A DNA stretch of 64,000 nt, taken from Methanobacteriota archaeon. Its GTDB lineage: Archaea > Methanobacteriota > Methanobacteria > Methanobacteriales > Methanobacteriaceae. Each line of letters starts with the position of its first letter. Position 1 is the first letter of the stretch. The notes beneath the pieces were generated by a model, which saw only the letters and a program-made list of their open reading frames with translations, did no database searches and was not told the DNA's origin. Positions 52,086 through 64,000 of the stretch are shown here, in pieces. The translations under genes and the position numbers were made by a program. The stretch lies in assembly GCA_963787255.1 (NCBI GenBank), contig CAWBCJ010000029.1, positions 896,001 through 960,000 on the forward strand. The letters are read 5' to 3'.

Positions 52086-52664
52086 ATGAACATAAGAGAA
52101 TTCATTGAAGAATACTTTAAAATGAGTAGATATGTTGCTTTAGGTACATTGGACGGAATACTGGCTGTTATGGGTGTTACTCTTGCTGCAAGTGGTATTG
52201 CTGCAGCTGGCGGAGTTGAAATTTCAAATTTTGTTATAGGACTCACTGGACTTAGTGGGGGGATTGCTCTTGCAATGTCCAATGCATTCGGTTCATTTAT
52301 AGGTGAACGTGCAGAAGAAGCACGAACTCTCCGAGAACTTGAGGATAAAATGATGCTTAGCGAAGGGGAGCTTGATGACACAATTATTCACAAGCAGGCC
52401 AAAAGAAGGATTTACATGAGTATGTTTACTCATGGATTTTCGAGTTTTGTAGGTTCATTTGTGCCTGTAGTCCCTTTTTTGTTAATTGCAGATAGAATGA
52501 GTGCTTTAGTAACTACTTTAGCAGCATGTTTCATTGCATTAGCTGTACTTGGTATATATTTGGGTAAAGTTTCCAGGGAAAGCCTTCTTAAAACAAGTGT
52601 GGAGATTGTGATAATAGGCGTAGTTATCAGTGCAATATCATTATTAATAGGCGGCAGTCACTAA
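52086..52664 (+). CDS. VIT1/CCC1-like (TIGR00267) membrane protein
   Basis: RYVALGTLDGIL, ALAMSNAFGSFIGERAEE, FVPVVPF. Confidence 0.85.
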   Translation: MNIREFIEEYFKMSRYVALGTLDGILAVMGVTLAASGIAAAGGVEISNFVIGLTGLSGGIALAMSNAFGSFIGERAEEARTLRELEDKMMLSEGELDDTIIHKQAKRRIYMSMFTHGFSSFVGSFVPVVPFLLIADRMSALVTTLAACFIALAVLGIYLGKVSRESLLKTSVEIVIIGVVISAISLLIGGSH

Positions 52665-52708
52665 AAATAAGTAATTAAAATAAATATGGATTTATAATAA
52701 ACTTTTTT

Positions 52709-53555
52709 TTATTCTAAATCAATTCCATACACCTTTTTTATATTTTCAACATGAATAATATGAGCATCTTTTCCTGTTAAAGTACCGTTTCTCAAAAGTT
52801 CTTTTGTCCTTCGGGGAACTGTTTTTGGGCCTAAAACAGCTCCAGGACGGCTTTTCATATCCAGATAATCCGTTTCCATCAGAAAGTTATTCCCTTTTTT
52901 CAATCCTTCAACTCACAACAGTTTTAGTCGCAATCAAAGATGGTGTTAAACCGTGATTTTCATTTTTACTAACTAATGGTCCTGAAAAATGTTTTATTAC
53001 CTTATGCCTTTCTAAACCCGCTTCATCGGCCATTTCAGCAAATTCTAAAAATTGTTTTTCTTCAGCACTTTCTGTATGGAGCTGCACAGCGCAATCAGCA
53101 TCTGCAGCAAGCTCCATTGCATATAAAATAAGTTTATTGTGAACTTCAAGCTCTTCTGGAGAAACTTCATAGTGGGGCCTTCCAATTTCTCCAATTGCAA
53201 TGGCTTTACCTTCAATAACAAGTTTCTGGGCAGATTCTAAAGTTCCTTTCATCATTTTTTCAGCCATCTGAAGTTTCATGCCGTTTTCAACGCGCCTTGA
53301 AAGTTCTGCTGGATGTGCACCTACTACTGCAAAAGCTTTTACATCGGTACATTCATTTATTTCGTTTACATATTTTATAACAAGCTCCATGGCTTCTTCA
53401 AAGTTACATGATTTTCCTACAGTCCATGTGGGCTTGTTGGGAATGATCATTACGTTTCCACCAGCTCTCTGGAATTTTTTAGCAACTTCAATTGGACCTT
53501 CACCGTTTATAGGGTCAACATGTATATGATTATCTGTAATAATTAAATCTTCCAT
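52709..53555 (-). CDS. TatD-related hydrolase; +1 insertion at about 52910
   Basis: TDNHIH, GAHPAE, GEIGRPHY, QLHTE, IKHF; removing one T joins to EGLKKGNNFLMETDY...RPGAVLGP. Confidence 0.88.
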
Positions 53556-53559
53556 AAAA

Positions 53560-54418
53560 TTACCTCTTCTTTTTTCTATGCTCCTTTAAAGCATTTTCAA
53601 AGATTTCAAGGGGAGGATAAATACCAGTCCATATTTTAAAGGATTCCATCCCCTGATAAATCAACATTTTAATTCCAGATACGGCTTCAGCGTTTGCTTT
53701 TTCACATTCTTTGAGTAAACATGTTTTTAGGGGATTGTAAACAAGAATCATTAACAACTAGATTTTTATGCATCATTCCAGCTTTAACCAGCGGCTCTTG
53801 GTCTATATCAGGATACATTCCAATGGGAGTGGTATTAATTAAGATATCTGCATCTAAAAGCTCATTTTCAAGTTTTTCCCCGAAATCTACAGTTTTGACA
53901 TCTGCATTTAACTTATCTCTCAAGTCTTTTTGAAGATTAAGTGCATTTTTGGAGGTTCTATTTGCAATAATCAGTGACCCAGCGCCTTCAATTAGTATTT
54001 GAAATGCAACTGCTCTTGCCGCTCCGCCTGCACCTAAAATAATAACTTTTTTATTTTTCACACTGCTAACTTCTTCAATGGATTTAACAGCGCCAATTCC
54101 ATCTGTATTAAACCCTATAATGCCATTTTCATCAAATTTCACAGTGTTTACTGCCCCAATTAGTTCTGCAGCTTTATCAAGAGAATCAAGGTGCTTAATA
54201 ATCTCTGTTTTATGCGGAATGGTCACGTTAAGTCCTTTTATGTTCAACGAATTTGCTCCGTTTATTGCATTTTTAAGAGCGTTTTCAGCCACTAAAAATG
54301 GTACATAGATATAATCTAGGTCTAGTTGCTTAAAAGCAGCATTATGCATTAATGGAGATAGGCTGTGCTCTATGGGATTGCCAATTATTCCAACAACGTT
54401 AGTTTTACCGGTTATCAT
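53560..54418 (-). CDS. aroE: Shikimate dehydrogenase; +1 insertion at about 53746
   Basis: HSLSP, NVTIPHK, GAVNT, NTDG, GAGGAARA; removing one T restores NDLVYNP...GIKMLIYQG. Confidence 0.94.
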
Positions 54419-54520
54419 TCTATCATTTTACCAATTAAATAGAATATTTTATATTCCTTCGATTAAATAAAGATTGATATATTTAAATTATAGATATTTT
54501 GAAATTATAGGGGAAATTTG

Positions 54521-55183
54521 ATGCCTGCAAAGCAAAGATTTGTTCTGGACACAACTGCATTTACAGATACACAGCTTAGAGAAGAATTTGGAGATGGAAA
54601 TCTTTCTAAAACAGTAAGTTTATTAACGGATTTAATTGCAGAGTCACGAATAAAGCTTAATATGAGCTGTCATATGCCCCCAATTACATATAAAGAGCTT
54701 ATAGAATATTTAACCCGATATGAATGTCCTGAAGATGTACTGGTAAAAACTGAGACATGGATTGTCAAAAAAACTCCTGATAGATACGAAACCAAGATCC
54801 CCTCTGAAATATTCTACGAATATGTACATGACATGAGGGAACGGATGAATAAAGGAATGAGGATATCCGAAAACGCATTGTGGGAAGCTGCAGTTGAATC
54901 AATGGTAATGTTATCAAAAGGAAATAAAAAAGCGGATATTGAATTAGAGGTAATTGGAACGGCCATAAAAGACTTTAGAAAAAAATATAGGGCAGCTTTA
55001 AGAAAAGGAACCCTTGACAGCGCACCCGATCTTGACGTGCTTCTACTGGCGAAAGAATTAGGCGCAGGTGTTGTAGCTGCAGATGAAGGAATTAAGGTTT
55101 GGGCAGAACGGCTAGGATTGAGGTTTTTAAGTGCAAAATCTTTTCCTAAAATGGTAGGAGAATATTTGAAACATTATGAGTAA
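54521..55183 (+). CDS. HARP, RNA-free RNase P homolog (PIN-like, TIGR03875 type)
   Basis: RFVLDTTAFT, RERMNKGMR, YRAALRKGTLDSAPDLDVLLLAKEL, DEGI..WA. Confidence 0.88.
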   Translation: MPAKQRFVLDTTAFTDTQLREEFGDGNLSKTVSLLTDLIAESRIKLNMSCHMPPITYKELIEYLTRYECPEDVLVKTETWIVKKTPDRYETKIPSEIFYEYVHDMRERMNKGMRISENALWEAAVESMVMLSKGNKKADIELEVIGTAIKDFRKKYRAALRKGTLDSAPDLDVLLLAKELGAGVVAADEGIKVWAERLGLRFLSAKSFPKMVGEYLKHYE

Positions 55184-55379
55184 TTCTGGACTTTAATCAT
55201 TAATCAATAAAGATGCTAAAAGGTGACTTAAACATTTTAAGGAACTTTTAGAAATTATTAATTTAATTTTTTAAAGAAAATTATTTTAAATGAATTTTAT
55301 AGATACTATAAGAGCATAAAAAATATCATTTTTCTAATTTAACACATTAATATTAATTTATTTTGAGGGATGGTTAAAA

Positions 55380-56666
<1,287 letters not shown>

Positions 56667-56678
56667 TGGAACGATCAT

Positions 56679-57074
56679 ATGAATACAGAATATAATTTGA
56701 ACTTTAGACACAAAGTAGGCGATCAAGAACTAGTTATAGCGATAGCACAGGATTATAAAACTTCTGAAGTTCTAATGGTAGCATATATGAACAGGGAAGC
56801 CTTTCAGAAGACAGTGGAAACAAAAAAAGCGCATTACTGGAGTACTTCACGTCAGAAAATCTGGCTTAAAGGTGAAAGTTCGGGAAACTTCCAGGAAGTT
56901 CACGAGATACTGGTTGACTGCGATGAAGATGCTGTTCTTATGAAAATAAGTCAAAAGGGTGGCGCTTGCCATGAAGGATATGAATCATGCTTTTTCAGGA
57001 AATTAGAGGATGATAAATTAGAAGTTTTTGGAAATAGAGTATTTAATCCGGATGAAGTTTATAATAAGAGTTAG
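56679..57074 (+). CDS. hisI: Phosphoribosyl-AMP cyclohydrolase
   Basis: [28 protein letters not shown]. Confidence 0.96.
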   Translation: MNTEYNLNFRHKVGDQELVIAIAQDYKTSEVLMVAYMNREAFQKTVETKKAHYWSTSRQKIWLKGESSGNFQEVHEILVDCDEDAVLMKISQKGGACHEGYESCFFRKLEDDKLEVFGNRVFNPDEVYNKS

Positions 57075-57116
57075 AATTACTTAAACTTAGTTTAAAAAGT
57101 TATGGAGAGAAAAATA

Positions 57117-58940
<1,824 letters not shown>

Positions 58941-58986
58941 AATTCAATTCTTTAATTCATTTTTTATAAACTAATAAGGTGATATA

Positions 58987-59739
58987 TTGAAAATAGGAGT
59001 ATCAACATTAGCATTATTCCCCATGTCCCTTGAAAAGATACTTGATTATCTAAAAAGCATCAAATTAGAATATGTCGAGATAATAAAGGAATATCCTTAT
59101 CATTCAATCGATCCAGAAGTGGTTAATTCATATAATTTCAAAACAAGTGTTCATTCACCTCTCTCAGACATAAATATTGCCTCTTTAAATGAATCTATAA
59201 GAAAAGCGTCGATTAAAGAAATTAAGGATTCCATTAATCTGGCGTCTAAAATTGATGCTTCTGTGGTTGTTGTTCATCCAGGACACATGGCCTTTTTAGC
59301 TAGGGAATTTCCGGATGAAATAATGAAAAATAGCCTTAAATCCCTTAAAGAATGTTCAAAATATGCTGAAGAGCATGGAATTTCATTATGTGTCGAAAAC
59401 ATGCCGGACATGGAAGGGCTGATCTGTAAAAACCTCGATGAGCTGTATGAGCTAACTCAGCAATTAGAGGTTTTAATGACTCTTGACGTGGGTCATGCGC
59501 ACAACATGGGCTTATCTGTTGATGAAATGCTTAAATATGATAATATTGGGCACATACACTTAAGCGACAACGACGGCTCATTTGATAACCACGATGCAAT
59601 CGGTAGTAAGAATATAGACTTTGAATTATTATTTAAAAGACTTAATAAGGAAAAATTTGAAGGCGTATGTGTAATAGAGGTTAAACAGCAGGATGAAATT
59701 TTAAATAGCCTCCATTATATCAATAAAATGGTATATTAG
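58987..59739 (+). CDS. Sugar-phosphate isomerase/epimerase (AP endonuclease 2 TIM-barrel) family
   Basis: VHSP..DIN, VVHPG, VENM, LDVGHA, HLSDN. Confidence 0.88.
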   Translation: MKIGVSTLALFPMSLEKILDYLKSIKLEYVEIIKEYPYHSIDPEVVNSYNFKTSVHSPLSDINIASLNESIRKASIKEIKDSINLASKIDASVVVVHPGHMAFLAREFPDEIMKNSLKSLKECSKYAEEHGISLCVENMPDMEGLICKNLDELYELTQQLEVLMTLDVGHAHNMGLSVDEMLKYDNIGHIHLSDNDGSFDNHDAIGSKNIDFELLFKRLNKEKFEGVCVIEVKQQDEILNSLHYINKMVY

Positions 59740-59973
59740 CTGATAAATATAACATCTAAGGAAAATTGGAATAAATTAGGATTATAAACTAAATAAACAG
59801 TATTTCTCGATTTAAATTATATGAAAAACCACTATTTACCTAATTTTTATTATTAAATCCAGCATAATTCATTATTGCTCCTAAAGAAATAATAGGAATA
59901 TTTATTTATGCTGAAATAGTTAATTTTAAACAGAGATTTTTTAGATGTAATATAATTAATTGGAGATTTTTCT

Positions 59974-60645
59974 ATGAAAATTGCAATAATAGGTGGAACC
60001 GGAGATCAGGGCATTGGATTGGCATTAAGATTTGTAAAAGCTGGTGAAAATATAGTTGTAGGCTCAAGAGATATTAAGAAGGCTGAAAATACCATTAATA
60101 TAATAAAAAACATGCTGGATGGCCCTGAATTAAATAACGTAAAGGGCATGACTAACGAAGATGCTGCAGCATGGTGTGATATAGCCGTCTTAACTGTACC
60201 TCTCCAAGCTCAAATGGCAACTCTTCGAAGCATAAAGGATAATTTAGAAGGAAAAATACTCATAGATGCCACAGTTCCTTTAGACGGATGTCTTGGAGGA
60301 AAACCAACCCGCTACATCGACGTCTGGCAGGGTTCAGCCGCAGAAAGATCTGCAGAATTCCTTAAAGACAAAAACGTAAAATTAGTATCTGCATTTAACA
60401 ACATAAGCGCTGCAAGCTTACTTAATGCCGATGAAGATGTTCAATGTGACTGTTTAATCTCAGGAGATGATATGGACTCTAAAAAGATAGCAATGGAACT
60501 TTCAGAGAAAATTCCCGGAGTAAAAGCTATAGACTGTGGTCCACTGGAAAATGCAAGAATCGTAGAAAAAATTACGCCGTTACTTATAAATCTAAATATT
60601 CGAAATAGAATTAAACTTGCGGGTATTAGAATAACCGGCCTTTAA
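59974..60645 (+). CDS. npdG: F420H2:NADP+ oxidoreductase
   Basis: GGTGDQG.GLA.R, GSR, AFNNISA, LINLN. Confidence 0.93.
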   Translation: MKIAIIGGTGDQGIGLALRFVKAGENIVVGSRDIKKAENTINIIKNMLDGPELNNVKGMTNEDAAAWCDIAVLTVPLQAQMATLRSIKDNLEGKILIDATVPLDGCLGGKPTRYIDVWQGSAAERSAEFLKDKNVKLVSAFNNISAASLLNADEDVQCDCLISGDDMDSKKIAMELSEKIPGVKAIDCGPLENARIVEKITPLLINLNIRNRIKLAGIRITGL

Positions 60646-60811
60646 ACTTAACATTTAATTATTTAGATTTAGTGGCATTTGAATATTGTTGATTTGAGTT
60701 AAATTATAATAATCAATAAATCCAAATTAATTTCACCACAATTTAATTCAATACAATTGTGCTACTTAAGTTAGTTTTAATCAAATTTATTAAATTTTAA
60801 AGTGAATAAAA

Positions 60812-61399
60812 ATGGAATACGTAAAAAAAACAGCAAAAGAAATAACAACACACGCTCTTGAAGTTATAGAGAAAATAAATGAAGATCAAGTCTCTAAAAT
60901 GATTGATACAATTGTTAATTCAGACTGTGTCTTCATTGTAGGTACTGGAAGGTCCGAACTCGTTGGAAAAATGTTTGCAATGAGGCTAATGCACCTTGGA
61001 TTCACCGTCCACGTGGTAGGAGATGTCACCACACCTGCAATTAAAGGAACAGACAGTCTAATCGCAATATCTGGGTCTGGAGAAACAAAAACAGTTACAC
61101 TTGCCGCAGAAACTGCTAAGGAAGTCACAGCTAAGGTTATTGGAATAACTGCAAATTTGAAATCTACCCTCAGCAAAAATCTGGACATAATGATAAATAT
61201 CGAAAGTAAAACCAAGGAACCGTGGAAATATTACACATCCAACGTTTTAAAGGGACATTACGATGATTTAACCCCAATGGGAACACTTTTTGAAGATACC
61301 GCCCATTTATTCCTTGATGGACTTATAGCAGAGTTCATGTCACGTCTTGGTAAAAAAGAAATAGATCTTAAAAGAAGACATGCCATTATAGAGAAATAA
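60812..61399 (+). CDS. hxlB: 6-phospho-3-hexuloisomerase
   Basis: GTGRS, FAMRLMHLG, SGSGET, PMGTLFE. Confidence 0.92.
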   Translation: MEYVKKTAKEITTHALEVIEKINEDQVSKMIDTIVNSDCVFIVGTGRSELVGKMFAMRLMHLGFTVHVVGDVTTPAIKGTDSLIAISGSGETKTVTLAAETAKEVTAKVIGITANLKSTLSKNLDIMINIESKTKEPWKYYTSNVLKGHYDDLTPMGTLFEDTAHLFLDGLIAEFMSRLGKKEIDLKRRHAIIEK

Positions 61400-61428
61400 A
61401 TCTATAAATTTTACTGCCCGGTGAAATA

Positions 61429-61932
61429 ATGAATTCAGAGTTATCTGGAAATTTAGTAATTGTCAAGGATAAAAAAGCAGCTAAGCTTCACGAGAAAAGT
61501 CACTATGGAAATATGGTACCTGAAGGACTTCAACTTTCATTAATAGAAGCGCTATACTTAGTAGAAAAAGAAAAAATAAGAATTTTAAAGAAAGGAAAGA
61601 AAGTTTCCATTGACGAAATGTTTCAAATAATTCGAAAAGAGAATTTATTAACAAAATATCTTGTTTTCAGCGACCTTAGGAATAGGGGTTATATTGTAAA
61701 GACCGGATTCAAATACGGCTCCGAATTTAGGCTTTATGAACGTGGAAAATCTCCTGGAAACGGCCATTCTGATTATCTGGTTAAAGTGATTTCTGAAGAT
61801 TATGAAATAAAATCATCTGATTTTTCAAGCTACGTAAGAGTAGCCCACGGAGTTAATAAAAAACTCCTTTTTGCTGTAGTTGACGAGGAAAATGATATAA
61901 CTTACTATAATGTTGAATGGACCCGACCATAA
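61429..61932 (+). CDS. endA: tRNA-intron endonuclease
   Basis: LSLIEALYL, GFKYGSEFRLY, HS, RVAHGVNKK, TYY. Confidence 0.95.
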   Translation: MNSELSGNLVIVKDKKAAKLHEKSHYGNMVPEGLQLSLIEALYLVEKEKIRILKKGKKVSIDEMFQIIRKENLLTKYLVFSDLRNRGYIVKTGFKYGSEFRLYERGKSPGNGHSDYLVKVISEDYEIKSSDFSSYVRVAHGVNKKLLFAVVDEENDITYYNVEWTRP

Positions 61933-62147
61933 ATCATTTCAAGATGTTTTTAAAATGAAAAAATTAATACCCAACAATTTATAGAGAATTTCTGAAATTT
62001 CAAATTAATTGAAGTAGTAATACAGCAATATTTATTATAAGAGTAAGTATGTTTTATTAACACGATATTTTAAAAACCTAATTCCAATGAATTGAAGAAA
62101 CTAAAGATAATATTAATAGAAATCCTCATTACTCAAAAGGTGATCAA

Positions 62148-63254
62148 TTGATAGATCCATGGAGTTCAGCAATAATTGATTATGAAAAACTAACACAGCA
62201 ATTTGGTATTAAATCCTTTGAAGAATTTAAAAAAGAGATAGAAAACCCTCATATTTTGATTAAAAGAGGCATAGTATTTGGACATAGGGATTATGGAAGA
62301 ATAGCGAAAGCCATGATGGAAGGAAAGGAATTTGCTGTTGTAAGTGGGATGATGCCAAGTGGTAAAATGCATATCGGCCATAAAATGATTGTAGACCAGC
62401 TTATATGGTATCAAAAAAAAGGAGCAGACATTTACATACCAATAGCAGATATGGAGGCATATTCTGCAAGAGGAATTGATTTTAAAGAATCAAGAAAGCT
62501 TGCAATTGACGAATATATAACCAATTACCTTGCACTTGGCCTTGACTTTGAAAATGAAAACATAAGTATCTACCTTCAATCTGAAAATCGAATCGTGGGG
62601 GATCTGGCATACATATTAGCTAAAAGGGTTAATTTCAATGAAATGAAAGCAATTTACGGCTTTTCTGGAAGTACCAATCTTGCTCACATGTATGTGCCAT
62701 TAATTCAAGTTGCTGACATTCTACATCCTCAAATCAAGGAATGTGGTGGCCCAAAGCCAACAGTAGTTCCTGTAGGGCCTGATCAGGATCCTCACATAAG
62801 ACTCACCAGGGACATTGCAGAACGTTTTAAAAATAAATATAAGTTTATAGCACCTTCTTCAACCTACCACCGATTTATTACAGGACTTACAGGTGGTAAA
62901 ATGTCAAGCAGCAAGCCAAAAACAGCTATATTTTTAAGCGACTCTCCTAAAACAGCAGAAAAGAAAGTTAAATCCGCTAAATCTGGTGGAATGGAAAGTC
63001 TGGAAGAGCAACGAAAACTAGGAGGAGTTCCCGAAGAATGTACAGTTTATGAACTACTGCTTTATCACCTTGTAGAATCAGATAAAGAGATGGAAGAACT
63101 GTATCACGATTGTAAAAACGGAAATATCATGTGTGGGGAGTGTAAAATGAAAGCTGCAGCCATGATGAGAAAATTCTTTGATAGCTTTTCTAAAAAGAGA
63201 GAAAAAGCAAAGGAAGAAGCTAAAAAAATATTGGATAGGGAATCTAAATGTTGA
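62148..63254 (+). CDS. trpS: Tryptophan--tRNA ligase
   Basis: [23 protein letters not shown]. Confidence 0.96.
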   Translation: MIDPWSSAIIDYEKLTQQFGIKSFEEFKKEIENPHILIKRGIVFGHRDYGRIAKAMMEGKEFAVVSGMMPSGKMHIGHKMIVDQLIWYQKKGADIYIPIADMEAYSARGIDFKESRKLAIDEYITNYLALGLDFENENISIYLQSENRIVGDLAYILAKRVNFNEMKAIYGFSGSTNLAHMYVPLIQVADILHPQIKECGGPKPTVVPVGPDQDPHIRLTRDIAERFKNKYKFIAPSSTYHRFITGLTGGKMSSSKPKTAIFLSDSPKTAEKKVKSAKSGGMESLEEQRKLGGVPEECTVYELLLYHLVESDKEMEELYHDCKNGNIMCGECKMKAAAMMRKFFDSFSKKREKAKEEAKKILDRESKC

Positions 63255-63907
63255 AAAGAAGTTCTAGAAGATATGCAGACAATGAAGAATTTCACGGATT
63301 TTTCGGGGGTCTGTACAAGCGCAATGAATTTTTATTAATGATTTCTGCAGTTGTATTTTTTGGTTCGCTGTTTATAGGTTATTTTTTAGCAGGATTTTTA
63401 GATCAAATATTAATAGGCACCCTCCGATCATTTAAAGATAGCATTAGCAAGGGCCAGATTCAACTCACTACCCTCTCAATATTTGCTAACAACATAAAAA
63501 TTGCACTCCTTCTTTACGGTTGCGGAATAACTTTGGGAATATTCACATTGGGGATACTGGCGTACAACGGTATTTTTATTGGATATGTGGCATCTAAATT
63601 CCCTGTAGGGGATTTTATAATCTACACTATACCTCATGGGATATTCGAACTTACAGGTATTGTAGTTGCAGGTACCGCTGGTTTAAGGCTTGCAAGCACT
63701 ATAATACATATAATAAGAGATATTTTAGATATTCGGAGATACATGCCTATAGGAACGCAATTAAAACATGTATTAGATGTGAATTACATGGAATTTAAAG
63801 AATCTCTGATATTAGTCATAATTGCAGCAGCCTTAATTCTTATTGGAGCTTTCATTGAGGCTAATTTTACGATAGCATGGGGTAATTACATTAAAGGCGT
63901 TTTATAG
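63248..63907 (+). CDS. SpoIIM (DUF95) family membrane protein
   Basis: IFANN, NG..IG, PHGIFEL, AFIEA. Confidence 0.88.
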   Translation: MLKRSSRRYADNEEFHGFFGGLYKRNEFLLMISAVVFFGSLFIGYFLAGFLDQILIGTLRSFKDSISKGQIQLTTLSIFANNIKIALLLYGCGITLGIFTLGILAYNGIFIGYVASKFPVGDFIIYTIPHGIFELTGIVVAGTAGLRLASTIIHIIRDILDIRRYMPIGTQLKHVLDVNYMEFKESLILVIIAAALILIGAFIEANFTIAWGNYIKGVL

Positions 63908-64000
63908 TAGATAAAATATCTTTAAATATCCAAAATAATTAGTAAATCGAATAAGAATTCTAAATTAATTAAAAATTTAAAATAAATTTTAACTAACAAA

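Noticed and set aside
60665-60772. Weak nested inverted repeats between npdG and hxlB (possible MITE or ncRNA)
   Set aside because: Many mismatches in very AT-rich DNA, no target-site duplication and no second copy in the window

Overview
AT-rich chromosomal segment of a hydrogenotrophic methanogen, most likely a Methanobacterium (inferred from tfrB, npdG, iorAB, an Mvh-type hydrogenase, a sortase and GGAGG/GGTGA RBSs). Most of it is housekeeping: rfcS, rnz, nadC, glyS, dcd, tfrB, iorAB-ACT-paaK, htpX, aroD, sucD, hmgA, aroE, HARP, hisS, hisI, PINA, npdG, hxlB, endA and trpS. I saw no rRNA, tRNA, CRISPR array or intact mobile element. Best leads: (1) a ferredoxin-V4R-[NiFe] hydrogenase operon with no mvhD/mvhB/hdr, followed by a Roadblock protein, a candidate H2/redox-sensing system; (2) a cupredoxin lipoprotein paired with an internally duplicated 4-TM protein whose His/Gly spacing matches a di-heme cytochrome b core, in an order regarded as cytochrome-free; (3) a Roadblock / DUF1611-SepF-DUF2226-MinD-MinD(K->R) division/polarity module; (4) three small ORFs missing from the ORF track, including a 30-aa Cys/His peptide divergent from a Cys-rich ArsR-like regulator. 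Six genes carry single-base insertions that are probably assembly errors, and there is one decayed HepT toxin gene. All family assignments come from motif recognition, not database searches.
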